In this document: positions 42,301-56,903 of the stretch, one piece after another
How the letters are laid out: every line of letters begins with the position of its first letter
Numbering within the stretch: the stretch's first letter is position 1
Assembly (NCBI RefSeq): GCF_000150275.1
Contig: NW_002060943.1
Span: 2,200,987-2,264,986, forward strand
DNA: 64,000 nucleotides
Direction: 5' to 3'
Origin: Trichoplax adhaerens
Lineage: Eukaryota > Animalia > Placozoa
The notes under the pieces: generated by a model
What the model was told of the DNA's origin: nothing
Seen by the model: only the letters and a program-made list of their open reading frames with translations
Database searches by the model: none
Translations under genes and position numbers: made by a program

Positions 42301-45300
42301 GGGCTTTGAAACCTCTATACTATAATATCCATAATTAAGAGTGATATATATCATCACCATTAGTAAAAGTTCCTGTATGGGTAGATAGAACATTAGTAAA
42401 CCCTAGCATAATACTGTATCTAAAATTATGTTTATTTATGCCGTATAGTATTTTCAAGCATATTATTAGGCACACGCTATTCAAGATATTATTTTAAGCT
42501 TTGTAAATATCGATTATAGGTGTATATATTGCAACTATTTTGATTTCATTCCTGGCGAGGCCATAATAAATACGAATACATGTATTTTCCTGAATATTAA
42601 TACCATAGTAATTCAATGAAGATACTGTACTTGAAGTTGTAACCATGCAATATAAGTAAAAATATTTATTCAGAATTGTTATTTCGTAACTCATTAATAG
42701 TTCCTACTACTCTAAACTTACTTAATAAACTCGTAGTCTACTTGAATCTAAGATATGCAAAATATAAAAGGTAACTTTACCTGATAGAGTACACCACCTA
42801 TAATGGGACCAAGTATCATACCTAAGCTTAATGAAAATTCTGATAAGCCCTAAAGTAACATTATAATTACCGTGGAAGTTATTCAAATCTTTAATTAAGT
42901 GATATTGTTATATTAATGGATCGATTAAGACTATTAATTGTAATTACTTGATGAATCTATGATACAGTATTAGCCAATTAGAAATACAATTAAAATGAAG
43001 CCTTTTAAGGAATATTATTTCCCATACTTACGACTGAAGATGCAATAGCATTTTTCTGTATTGAAATTATAAAGACAACGCCGGCAGTTAAATAAAAAGC
43101 TGCGCCAACACCTTGTAATGCTCTAGTTATGATGCAAAATATGACAAAGATATTTCGATCGATGATTTGATCTAGCATTCTAAATTAATAAAGGATGTAA
43201 AACACAATCTTTACCAATATTATTCCAGCTTTGTAGAATTTATATTGAGAATTGTAACATTAAATTGATTAATTTGTTGGTAATGATTTTAATTACATAA
43301 ATACATGGATGCAGTAAATGATTATCAGTCATTTTATGGGCACTACTATTATATAGAATAAGTTTGGTCCCATCGTCAATTACGAACCATTTGGGTAAAA
43401 TAAGGTTATCAGATTACGATTATGTTATTACTGAAAGATTATTAGCCTATTGCATGCTGCTATAGTATAGCTATTATTTAGTGTATTTGTGCATATTATG
43501 AATATACTTTACCCAAATATGATTAGGCTTCCACCATCCAAGACCAAACCAATCCAAATAGCCGTTTTAATACCGATTCGAGGTAACTAAAATCCGTTAT
43601 AGAAGTTATAGATTCAGTATTATAACTAGTAGCAACTTTAGTTGTCATCTAAGACATTCTAATAGCTCTGTCGACAAGTACTGTGTTCTGCAATGATAAC
43701 AGTTGTCGGTGAATGTAATGCTAAATAGGAAGTAGATACGGTAAGAATTGATGGTGGATATTAATACTAAATCAGGAAGTATTTTGAATGTGACAATAGC
43801 TTAAGCGGGGATATTAATATTCAAAATAATCTGTAAAATTGCTTGATTGATTAATTAAAAGTAATGAAGAATTAATATTGTAATTGATGGATGATAAATT
43901 AGAAATTATTGTTGTTAACTTATCTGAATATGCTAAATGGTAAAATGTGATACTCAAAGCTATATTAATGGCATTTAGAAATTTATGCCTAGATTGACTC
44001 ATGCAGTGAATAATATTAATAGTTACTTGCTATAGATTAATAATAGCTTCTTGAACATACTAAGAGGCAAAATCCGAAACTAAATAATTATAGTTAAATC
44101 AAAATCTTGAACCCTTACCGTATCAGATCGATTAGTAACGTACTTATAAGATAGTATAATTATACCCATTAATATTAATTATGTTACTATCTATGTAATA
44201 AACTAACTCATATACTACGGTAAATAATACATTTAATACTAACAAAAATTAATAATATATTTTATAAATTCTAGTCGCTGAAGTACGATAGTGGCTGAAT
44301 ATAATATTATTTAACTATATAACTTACAAGAATGCCTACAATGATCGATAAGAAAAACTTCGTAAAAGGATACATAGCAAAGATAATGCTTATTTCATAT
44401 GGATGAACACCTTTATTTTTAGCCTATTTATAAACAATAATGAAAGTAGAATACAATAAGTAAGTTAAAGAGCCGACGCCTTGACTCTTAAATTGCTCTT
44501 GGACTAGTTCAGAGAATAATAGCTTCATTCGGTAGATAACTACTTTACTAGCTGATTATTGCAAACACTATGTATCCGTATTTATGTGGAACAATTGTAA
44601 CAATATTTACAACTGAAATAGAAGGAATTGATTAGTTGAACATTAAAACGGAGAAGATCAATATCAATCAAGATGGATGATACCTAGTTTAGGACGAACG
44701 TCACCTTATACCGGTTTAACATACATTAACTACGTATTTATTGTAAAATAACTGTAACAGAATATTTGCAACTGAAATAGAGGGAATTGATTAATGTAAC
44801 TTTAAAACGGAGAAGATCAATTGCAGTCATGTTGCATTATATCTGATTTAGGGCGATAGTCTCTCTTATACTGTGTTAATATATATCTATTCGTATGTCT
44901 ATGCAAAATGATAAACTACCGAAGTATTTACAGTTTAAATAAGCCAAGCCTCAAATCGATGCTTCAATACTCTACTTTTGGCATTCGATTAATGAAATGA
45001 AAAGTTCTAAACCTGATTAAAGGATCAATTGATTTTCACCTTTCTGAAAATTATTTACATTTTCAACATATTTTATATCGGCAATTGCAAGTAATTATTA
45101 ATTATGCATTAAGAGAAGTAGTAGATTTGAGGCATTCTGCATCGGTAATAGTAAGTAATTATATGAATACATAATTATATAGTACTTATTATACGTTAAA
45201 GGAAGAAATAGACAATATTTAGTTAGGTTCCATTACAAAGAATGAATCAAGTAGAAAATAGAATAGGCTATAAACTATCGTTTTAATCCTTGATTATTTG

Positions 45301-45595
45301 CCATGTTATCATTAGACTATCTATTTTGATACCTTTAAAGGAAATAATCATTCGATAAACATCTATTTCAACTTACCAATACAGAGAAAAAAGGCGTTAA
45401 TATAACGTAAGCCATTCCAATAGCTATGTTAGTGAAATATAATATGATTAACAAAATTGCTTTTTTTAATCGTGATAACTCTTTTTCATCCTCACTGTCC
45501 ATATCGTCATCATGGTCAGCAATGCGGCCTTCTTCCTTACTATTTTTGTATTGCTGACAGTTTAGCTCCGAAAGAATAACTGTCTCCCCTTTCAT
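39352..45595 (-). CDS. SLC18B1-like MFS transporter, paralog 1, ~15 exons
   Basis: Exons read ILTPFFSVL-AKNKGV..., GLSEFSLSLGMILGPIIGGVLYQ-YRGFKAPFL, GYLEPSIAFHLK, YQFLGPAPYL; last exon AIVMILLTLSEKFRTV* (39352-39402); multi-TM layout like SLC18B1. Confidence 0.82.
44629..44880. repeat. Two-copy ~140-bp intronic duplication
   Basis: CAACTGAAATAGA.GGAATTGATTA...TAAAACGGAGAAGATCAAT occurs near 44610-44660 and 44770-44820. Confidence 0.6.
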
Positions 45596-47743
45596 TTCTA
45601 TAGCTACAATGAAATCATAAAGATTTTATCGTAGTTACGAAAGGCTAAGATAGAAGTTAAGAGGCAGAAAATAGCGATAACTTCTTGTTTTCTCGAGTAA
45701 CTTATATAAGAAATCGTTTATTCTATCGTAGGTAATTTACAATCTCATGACCATAATACTAATCCAATATATCGTGAAGGGCAATATAATCAATCACCTG
45801 TAAAAAAATGTCTACTATTTCCAGTACATAAAAATTGAATCCTTTACTCTAACGCAATCTAAGTACAAAATAGGTTGATGTCACTATTAGTTAAAAACAG
45901 TAAAATGATATTGAATTCTTACAGACGCATCTACTAGAATCAATAAAGATGAATCATTATGAAACCGTATTCACGCTGAGTGATGACTACGCTTGTACTT
46001 ATAAATGTAAATAAATCATTTGACTAGGCTTAGTTAAGATCACATTCTTATCCTTTATTTAATCTATGCCTAACGTGGAATTCCCTAAAGGCCATATCAT
46101 GAATTAACACTAGCTCGTTAGAGAATGGCGGAAATGGTCTACTACTCTTCTCTTCATGAAACAGAATTACACGTCAATTCATAAGGGAAAGGATCCATAC
46201 TATCAGATAATGATGTCATCTATACGTATAATCTTAATCAATTTTAAGTAATATTATGGTAATAGACAAATAGTAACATTCGCAAGGGCTAAAGTATATA
46301 GAAATTAGGATTAAGTTAGTTAGTATAATTTTAGACCATTATAAGCTAGAATTTATTCGGATAACTACCGTAGTAATTCATCTATTTATAGGCTATTGTA
46401 AACTATCATAATAGGCCTTTATTATTGATATAACGTGAGTATAAGCTAATACGAGATTAGATCGGTGTATTACTATCATTAATTTAGTACAATATTATAC
46501 TAATCTAACTCGGAAAATCTACCAGTCATTGATTACTAATTGATGGACTTGTTTGCTTATTCAAATAGATTTATTCCAAGACTTTTAAACTCATCAATAA
46601 AGGCGGATATTAGTTAATATATAGCTAAATCAATCAATTTCAAGAATAAAGTTGTCTTGAATTTAATTTGATATTATGGAAGCGTTCAGAGCTTGATTTA
46701 ATAACTATCGATGACACCTAATGGCACTCTATATTTAGAATAGACTCACTCGTTAAAGAGTTGTTAAGAAGGTATTAACACCTAGACATGAACATTTATA
46801 CTGCGTCGATATGATTGTGTGCTAGTGACTACTATTGAATGTCAGTGACGTCAATATTAAATAATTTTAATTGAGAAATTAGGCAATCGATTCAAGGTAA
46901 GTCAATCCAATATAATTATTTATTTTTTAGCTGTCTATATTGGTTTTACAAAGATCGGGAAACTACTTCTTTCTGATTTATGATCACTAAGTCTATGTGC
47001 AGTTGATTGTAGAATTACGTAGTTACACTGTTAGGCTATGCTGCCTACAATTTAACTACTGAATATAATTAGTAATTTCGTAGCACGACGAAGGAGAAAT
47101 ACCAAAAATAAAGCTTACCTAATATGCACATTGCACAATACGTAACAACTTTTATTGCTACTATTGATCACCACCATTTTAGTAAGATTGCATATCACAG
47201 CATTATTTGTTACTCCAAAGCCTCTCTATACGAAATTTTTAATTTCTGTATTATATGCAAAAATGCATAAATTATTATCAGCCTCACCAATTCTAGAGCA
47301 TCCTACATAATACCACCAATTTTATATACAGAATGATCACCTAATTAGGTTATCAGATCACACTACAATATCAGTTTTGTAGTATATACGAGTATACAGT
47401 GACAAAGATGATAGCCACATACAGAAAATAAGGATAAAATTAAAAAAAGCACGCCTAATAGAACTCGATGGTTTAGAATGTTTTATGAGCTGGAATTCAT
47501 CTCAATAATCGTTAGCTGATAGATTGATTAGCAGTTACAGATTATAATACAATAAGAGATAAATAACCCTTCAGAAGATGCAGCAGAGTTCAAGTAATCC
47601 AATCGATATCTATGAACTTTTTCAACCATAACGCAAATGCGGATTATTTATACTTGCTATCTTAATACAATCTATGCGTTGGATCAGGTAAAATTGATTC
47701 TTTTTATGCATCGAAGTGATATCATGTAGATTTATGGGATATT

Positions 47744-50700
47744 TTAAGATTCATTGCTATTTGCGCAGTCAATGGCAGTCAAAATGATCATAACTATAGC
47801 CTAGATAGAAAGAAATCGTAATGAAATAGTCAAGCCAAGTAGGTATCAATGTATTTCGCATAGAAATGACTTTTAACAAATCAACTTGACCAAAGCTTAT
47901 GTGCATATTTTTTTTGCCAAATATATATATGTTACGGCTAAAGCCCGAAATAAGAGTGCATTTACTTTAAGTAAAATTAATTGCTACAGGGAAAGGAAAC
48001 AAATCTCGTTTAGTTCTTTTCAGGTATGCAATACAATTAAACACTTCCATACTGCAATGAAATGGTAAAATACGACGAACATTGTACTTAAAGGCACTTA
48101 CATGGCCGTCTAAAGCTTGAAATTCAAAAGATTTTACTCTTAGTTCGGGTTTTAGTCGTAGAGTATATATATATATATGTAGCTATCGTACTAATATTGT
48201 ACTAATGTAGTGTATGCTATATTCTAGATTTGAATATTTATATAAATTACCTGTCCTAAGGCTAAGAAACCTAAGACCTATATAGATTAAGAGATCAATT
48301 CAATTAGAATAATTATCTTTATTCATGATCGTAAATCAATCGATAAATTAAATTAATACAAAATTAAATTGATCACTCTCATTATCCTTAAGTGTCTGTA
48401 TGTATACGAATGTAAATTTCTAGATATGGCTAACTATTATGTTCTGCTTCACATATTCGTCTAAGAAAAAAGTTATAGGCAATAAATATTGATAAATTCT
48501 AAGACAAAAATAAAGATTGAAAGTTAAGCCTTGGATCAGATTTTTGTTCGTTAGTTTCAACGATTTAGTTGATCGTTGAATATAGTACTTGGGAGTGCGG
48601 AAACTTTTAAATTCAATTTAAACCTGAAACAGGCTGCTTTTTGAGGCGAGTAACAATTATCTTATGATTTATTACGCTTTCTTACCGATGAAGTCCAGTT
48701 AAAAGCTGCATCTGATTTTAATGCCAAGGCACCACCAATAAGTAGACCCAGGATTTGACTTGATATACGATAGTAAATATAAGGATTTAAGTTTTTAATT
48801 TTGATGAAATCTCAATAGCCTATCTATGAATATTATGTATATGTAGTTATTCGTGTAACTTTCTTAATATACAGGTGAAAGACGTAGAAGTTTTGATGAA
48901 GTTTGTCTTTTTAAATAACGAGTAAATTATTTACCCCAGTGCAAGACCAGAATTAGCTAATCCAGATGTTAAAGAAAATACCATAAATTTATTTTCATGA
49001 TTGATCCATTTTTTTTTTCTAATGTAAGATTAAATTATTACTCAAGAGAAAGTACGGACATCCTAGCAATATTTTAATCGATTTTAATATCTAACCGTGA
49101 AGTTAGAATTTCTGCCATATCTGGATAACTAGAGACTACTGAAAGAGCGATTGCAAGGCCAATAAATATAAATACGATCACGATTTTTGTAAGGGATCTA
49201 TCGTAAGAAAACGTAAGCTATTAGCAATTTGCGTTTAATATTATAGCTTAATAGGTTTGCGGTAGTAATGAATAAATTGTTAAAATGATGCAATTGATAA
49301 GATATAGATGGCAAACTCGAAAAACGATCTTACTGATGCATTTTCAAGTATGGAGCTGGTCCTACAAATTGGAATGATACAGCAAGAATTATAAATGCGT
49401 AAATATTGATCCATCGAAATTTTCCCTAAATTGCGTAGTAATAAAATATTAAAAATAAGAAAAATATCCTGTTGATAGGTATTTTATGACTCGGTTAAGT
49501 AGTTTGTGATTACCATTACAATATTTTAAGAAAATTAAATAATTATTAAAAAATTTACTATTTTTTAGCCTATATTAAAGGAGAATGCTATTGAAAATGC
49601 GTTCTATAATAGAATGTAATCATTTTATCCACGTTATCATGGTACAAACAATAGATGCAAGAGTAGATCGAAATGAAGACTTGTTAGCTGAACTTACCGT
49701 TTTATCGACAATAATGCCAGCAACAGCGCAAAATATCATGTAAGATAACGATTGGATACCATATAATCCACCAATTGCAGATGATGATAGATGGAACTGT
49801 CAAGCGTTGTTAATAGTCATTAAATTGAATTGATAAATCCACGTATAACATCAAAATATGAGCAGATGAAGAGTAAACTAGAAAGTTATCTCAATGTAAA
49901 AAAACTAGATATAGAATTTTAATAATTATATAGTATAGTCTGAATTACAGATAAATGATTCTATCGCTATCCAAAAGTAAGAAAACGCTAAATTCTATCA
50001 ACCTGTCTGAGATGAATTGCTATAGTTGGATCCAAAAAGGTTACACAAATTGTTTGCAAGATGATCGTAACGTCTATAAAACCATATCGGAATTAATTAT
50101 TAATCACATTGTTCAGAATTATTGTAGCAGTGATATCAGCTAATTACAACAGTAACATGTTTCGAAAGTGTGATGGTAATATAAACTCCAGCTCTATGTG
50201 ACATAGAATAGTCGGCTATACTTAATTAATTAATTGCAGATGATGGTTGGTATGATGAACAGTATGTTTTTACTATTCCTATTAGTATAGTCGCAAAGTG
50301 ATAATGAATTGAGGCTATACTGATGTAATTGGTTATGGATCATTCTACTTAGTCATAGAACTTATCCAATGTGAATTATCTATAACAGAATAACAAGAAT
50401 TAAGAAAATAGTTCAGAAGTGGATATTAAAATCACTAAATACTACACATGGTTATACCATCTTCGAATAATAACTCTTGTTAAACCTTTATATATTAGTT
50501 ATAAAATTGAATTTTGACTCTAACCAATATCAAAGATTATATATTAATACAATTAATTATTGGTACGAATTTGCTTAAATTATTAATTATCTGAAATCTT
50601 CCGTATCGTATTAATAGTTATTACTTGATTGATGCAGTTCTTACATAATATTACTACGCGTGGCATGGTTAAAACTTTAAGGAAAGTTTTTAGTGGTGGC

Positions 50701-53700
50701 GATGCTCTAATATCTGTTAAAAAATGGAGAGGCCTTAAAATTTTTGTAATTGATTATTATTAATTATCAAGTAGTTAGAAAATTACAGATTACAATTAAC
50801 CAAATAGCGTAGTAAGAGTGACCGCTATAATTTACTAGATAGTTGTTTTTAGATATACAGTAATTACTAAATACTACATTAACGTTAAATTTTCTGGTGT
50901 GATCACAATTTACTATATCTCACTTAATCCTTCTGTATATTGTTTCTACATTAGAAATGGAATGGAAACTTACCATGGATACGAGGAAATTTAATGACCA
51001 AAAAACTATTGATGACTAGTAAACATCCCAAAGCCAGGAAAGGGGCTTTAAAACCTCCATACTATAACAAGAATGATCGATTTTGAGAATCGAGCAGCAG
51101 TTGATTAAATAAAAAAAATTGGGGACAAATCTTATCGAAATAAAAATATTTCCAGAAAAAAAACGGAGGAATGCCACAACTGTCGTGATTGGGCTCTGAT
51201 ACTCTTTTAATCTTAAAGCATATTTTAGTTTTTGGCTTTTGTATAAAATCTTAAACTCTTTCACCGTTATACAGCTTATAAGGGTATTTGTATCATGATA
51301 GCTAGTTTAGCCTGATAACCTGCTCTACTATATAACTACTGTAATAATACTATGCAATGGTGATGATAACTGTAATACTACTATGAACAGGCTATTTTAC
51401 AGAAACATTTATGCAATATTAAATATTATTATTAGTAATTGACCTGATAAAGAACACCTCCTATGATAGGGCTTATTATCAATGCAATTCCAGCAGCAAA
51501 TTCTATAATTGCCTATAGAAAAATATCGACAAATTTAGAAAGATTAGATGGAAATAAAAAATGAGTCAATAGTCTTGAAACGAATCGTTGATCGAATAGT
51601 GATAGTCCTATTCTGCTACACTAATTCTTCATGAAGTCTATTTATTCGATTTTCTTATTACAAATTAAAACTATCTTAGTACTTATTTCCAGCTGTTCTT
51701 GATTCATTTAAGTACAATGTTGTAAATAGTCTTAATTTACGGTAAATAGACAAATACATAAAGTCAATGTTATCCTTATCTGGATTCCTTAAATATGTCG
51801 TATAGCCTTAATTAACGGTAAATAAATAGATATACTCGTATGAAAATTCAAAATTATCCTTATTATACGCGTATTTTAAGTGCTTACAATTGTCGTTCCA
51901 ATAGCATCTTGATTGATTGCAATAGCGCAAGCAATACTAGCAGTTAGATGGAGACCTGCGCCAGCACCTTGAAATCCTCTAGTTATGATGCAATACACTA
52001 CGAAGGTATTTCGATCCAAAATTCTATCTAGAAATCTAGCAATATTGTCAAAATACAATTATTACTATTACATAATAGAAATATTCTCCTTTTTACATTT
52101 ATTAAAATACAATTATAACTGCATTATTATATGGTGGAAGTATTCTCTTTTAAAATTTATCAAAATGCAATCATTACAGTACATGATGGAAATCTCCTCC
52201 TTTAATATTTATCAAAATGCAATCATAACTATTATGTGATGCAATACTATTACATAATGGAAATGTTACTTTGAACGTTATTAATATGGTTTAATAACAA
52301 ATATATTGTCTTTCGAAAATATTGTAGCTCTTTAACTGACATAGAAGATTTTACGGTCCAGTTATGTAGAGAATCATAGCTAGAAATCGATTCCATTAGG
52401 AGTATAGATGATAGTGCTGTAATCCTAAGCTGTGATGTGAATAGTTTAAACAATGAGAAAGAAACTGCTTTATGACTAGGACGTTGCTGTCTGTGACAGC
52501 TTATAGTTTACTAATTGTGATCGAGGATTATATTAGTTAACAATCATAGCCAATAGTCCGCAATAAGAAGATTTAGCCAGTTATGCTGATATCATAATCA
52601 AATAGAACTATATGCACTCTATAAATCCAAATCTTACGCAAAGATGATCAAGCCACCACCTTCCAATATCAAACCCATCCAAATAGTAATATTAACTCCC
52701 ACTTGAGGCAACTAAAATCAATATTCAAAATAGGTTTATTTATTTAAGTCTATGAAGCTAAGATATGACTAGTTAGAGTAAGCCTAATAGCTCCAGTTAG
52801 ATATCCTATCTTGTTGATCCTTTAAATATTATTATTGTACAACGAAAATTTTAGGATGCAAAGCGATTAAATACAGCAATGACTTAAAAAAATATAGAAA
52901 ACAGCGTTCTATCATCTAATTAAACCCTCTAAACTAATTTGCAATATCTTAGACTTTTAGTGATGTTTCGATAGTAAAAATTAAAGAAAAATACATAAAA
53001 GTTTCTATAGAACAATCTAAAACCTATCCGTATGATTTCATGTCAAATAATATTTTGTTGTATTCTTAGATACTATCACAAGTCGATAGATCTATGATCA
53101 AAGCAGATCAGGGAATGATAACGTCATGAAGAAAGAATCAAGCCTAGTTTATCAACAATCCGAAACGATTAAGTGATCATATAGAGGATTCTTAAGAAGG
53201 TGGTAAAGAGTAGATTGAATATTAACATTAAGGTTATAATGCTAGCGTAAGAAATGACTAAAATTAGCTACTACATGGTTGTATATAATACAGTTTTGGC
53301 ATGATCTCATCATGGATATCAGTTTAGATTGTCACTTACATAGAGGCCAATGACTGTCGACGACAAAAACTTCATCAGTGGGTAAATTGCAAAAATGATA
53401 GCAATTTCATAAGGATAGATATGCCTATTTACCGCCTAAATGGAAGAAAATAATTTACGCTTGATTATGTTGTCGAAATTAATACTTGGAGCATGAGAAA
53501 GTGGCAATAGTCAAGGCACCAAGTGTTAAAGAGAATGTTATCATTGCTGATGTAGAAATGAGTTTACTGCTTCACCTTATTTTAAGAAATGAAAGTTTAT
53601 GGATACTAATAATGTTATTAATGGCTAATGTACTCACATTTAACGAGCAGTAGTCGGCTAATTTATCATTAATACAATGTGTAACTTACTACTACTGGGA

Positions 53701-53920
53701 AAAAGGACGCCAAAAGTACTAGAGCCATCGCTCCACAGCCAGTTATGTAAGATAACGTGGCTAAGAAGACCTTTTTACTTCTTGATGACAACTGATCTCT
53801 ATTCTCTTCATCATTATTATCACCAGGATCTTTCACGACTGCATTAGCTTCCTGATTTCCGTAAGAATCTAAATAATCTTCACTTTGATTTAATAATTTC
53901 AATTTTTGATCGTCTTCCAT
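47744..53920 (-). CDS. SLC18B1-like MFS transporter, paralog 2, ~15 exons
   Basis: Same exon series as paralog 1: LLASFFPVV, TRGFQGAGAG, ISPIIGGVLYQ-YGGFKAPFL, TFLDPTIAIHLRQ, FQFVGPAPYL; last exon AIVMIILTAIDCANSNES* (47744-47800). Confidence 0.82.
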
Positions 53921-56903
53921 AGTTTTTAATATAGGTCAAAATATAACCCAATGATAACCCTGCCCTTAGCCAATTGAATATAATAAGTAGAAAGAAAATT
54001 TTGCCTACGAATCATTCATGATCGTTGAAGTAAAATTGAAGTAATAATCTCTCCTAAGAGAATATAAATAAATAAATAGTAAACTTCTAACGGTCTTCCT
54101 GGAACGGCTAATACAGTATATGAAAAAAATCCCTAGCGTAGAGACATCATCGTGCACTACTATCAATTATAATTATTAATCGCTTTTTTGATCGAAGGAA
54201 TTGGAAATAAGCTAGTTCTTGAATGCACGAATTCGTTCAAGATAAACCAGAACAAGTTATTCTATTTCTGACATTGTAATACTCTACTTATTCATATTCT
54301 ACCAATTTAGCGTCATAAGCTGATGCTTAGCGTCTATTTATAGTCAATTCAAAAACGAGCAAATAATTCTATTGACTAAGAATACAATGCCTCAGCTATT
54401 CTATCTGGTCCTATTCCACTGAGATAGAAGTAAGAATATCTAATTGTATGCATTACCAATTATCATGAGATGCTTTTGTTCCGTTGCTTATTTTGTTGTA
54501 TTTCTATTTAGCTACATCGACTGCATAAATCGAAGGATAAAAATTGTAATAGACGAAAGTAATCGGCTAGAATACTTCCTAGATCAAGGAACAGGCATGT
54601 CGCCAAAGTAGATGTATAAGAACTCTGTAGAAGGAGAATTTATATATCATTCGAATTAAGTTGCGTCGATTTTATAGTCAAATGGAAGAGGAATAAAATT
54701 GTTCATATAGCAACTTGGTTTATTCACACGCGATATGATGATGCAACGATCTACTTTGCGGGTTTAATTATCGCTTTCCTATCTTAAATCTATTTGAGTA
54801 GATTTCATAAAGCCTCAAAACAGTGTTTTAATCATATTCTTTCCAGTTATATTCAGTCAAGGCTATTACATCATTTACTTGTAAATTAAAGCAAATTGGC
54901 GAAAAGCTTAAAATCTGCCTAGAGCTAGTAAGCAACAGGTGATTGTCATGGCTGCAAATTCTAGTGCATCATCAGCATTACCTATCGGTGGCTGATGTTG
55001 GAATTAGTCAGTTATCATATCGGACGATATAATTGAGAAATTATGTATGTTTTATTTCCTAGGTAAAGCTATTCAATCTGCTCCTTGGTAGTAAAAAATT
55101 GAGATTTTTATAAAGTTTATTAGGCTATTGCTATTCGTTAAACGAATAGTTGTGTTGGCTACTCCATTACATCAGATGTACTCATTATAGGGCATGTCGG
55201 ATTAAAGAAGGACTACCGTAATTGCACATTAGATCAACAGTATATTTGAAGTAAGCTATCAAGAGAAATTATTTACCGTATTTCTACAGCTTAGTATCGA
55301 GAGAGTAGCATAGAAAAGTCTGATTCTTCATAATTATATACAAGATGAGTTGCCGTTTGAATATTGATTAAAGATCGATTTTATTATTAATTTCGATTTC
55401 ATTCATATATTGAAACATCAATCTTGAATTTTACCGAAGGTCAATTTTAACTAATCTCCTGTTATGGACGAATAGTGTTAAAAAGTTCAAGTTACTAGCT
55501 AAATTAGATTGAGTAACTATGTTTAGATCCACGTGATATCTTAATGTTTCATTAAGTTAATACAGAGATATTTTTATTGAGGAACAAGTATCGTATTCGA
55601 TACAGAGGTAACTATAGTAGATCGACATATTAGATGTAAAGTATCAACAATAACTGCAGTAATCGAACTATGGAGGGAAGTAACGATATTTACACCTTTA
55701 GAATAGAACATATAAAGACATTATAATTGCACAACTTTATGTAAGAAGGTATAAATAGCATTGACTTTCCTTTATGTCTCAGATACTACCATATAGTACA
55801 GTAATTCTTTCTTCTGCTCAGTTATTTTTATGGTATTTCACGATCGACTACTATCAATGTACTACCTTGCACGAAATTGTATCCCGACAAGATTATTTTT
55901 TAAGTTGATGAAAACCATTTGTACTTATCGTACTGTATCTTGTATCCTTATAAAAATATTATTAATGTTTTGCCAACAATAAAGAAAGAATTAGGAAACT
56001 ATCAAAACATGTTCATTATTGCACTGTTGGAAAGTGTATAGCTCATAGATAATCTGAATTTCAGCTAATAGCTATTGCTTTCTATTTAATTTGATTATAA
56101 TTATTACTGCCCTCCAAATTTCACCGTGTTATGAAACTAAAAATTTTCAACGTGAAATGAGTTATCGGTGTTTGATACTGATTTTTTGGTAAATCCTGCA
56201 AACATTCTTGCTAGGTTGTAATATAAGATTTATTCGCCTACAACCTAAAAAATTGCTTAATTGGTATATTTCGTGTGTGATATTAATTTGTTATAGCGCA
56301 AAAGTCTTCTTAATCAAAATGGAATCAATTCTAGCAAAGTAAAATTATGAAGTAAATCAGATACTGTAAACGTATACCATTCTTAACAAGTTTATAGTAA
56401 ATTTACCGCTTTGATAGAATTTGCTTTCAGTAGTTCATTTCTATCTGTATTTAGCAATAAGCTACAGGGTACACTTTAATTATTTCTACGGAAGTAACTT
56501 GTTCAACTGCACTAGTCTAGCAGGATTTTTAGAAAATTTCGATTATATAACAATGGCTATGCTTGTAAAAGCATATCTGTATGCAAGTTAGCTTAGCTTG
56601 CAAGTAAATTTGATTAGCATTATATTTGAACCTTTTTTGATAAAAAATTTTTAAATAGAGTAAATTATTGCTTTCAATCAACATTTGAATCATATAACGG
56701 AATTACCACTATTGCAAAGCGTATATAAATGTCATTTAGTCTTTAACTAAAATTACTATCGCTATTATACGTGTACCTTTATTGGATGAAAAATTGTGGA
56801 TAGAGAAAGATTAACAGTTATAAGGCAACTTATAGAACTAAATTTAATTTGATTTTTATAGACATTTTATTTTTCTGAATTCGTCTTCATATTGGTATTT
56901 GAT

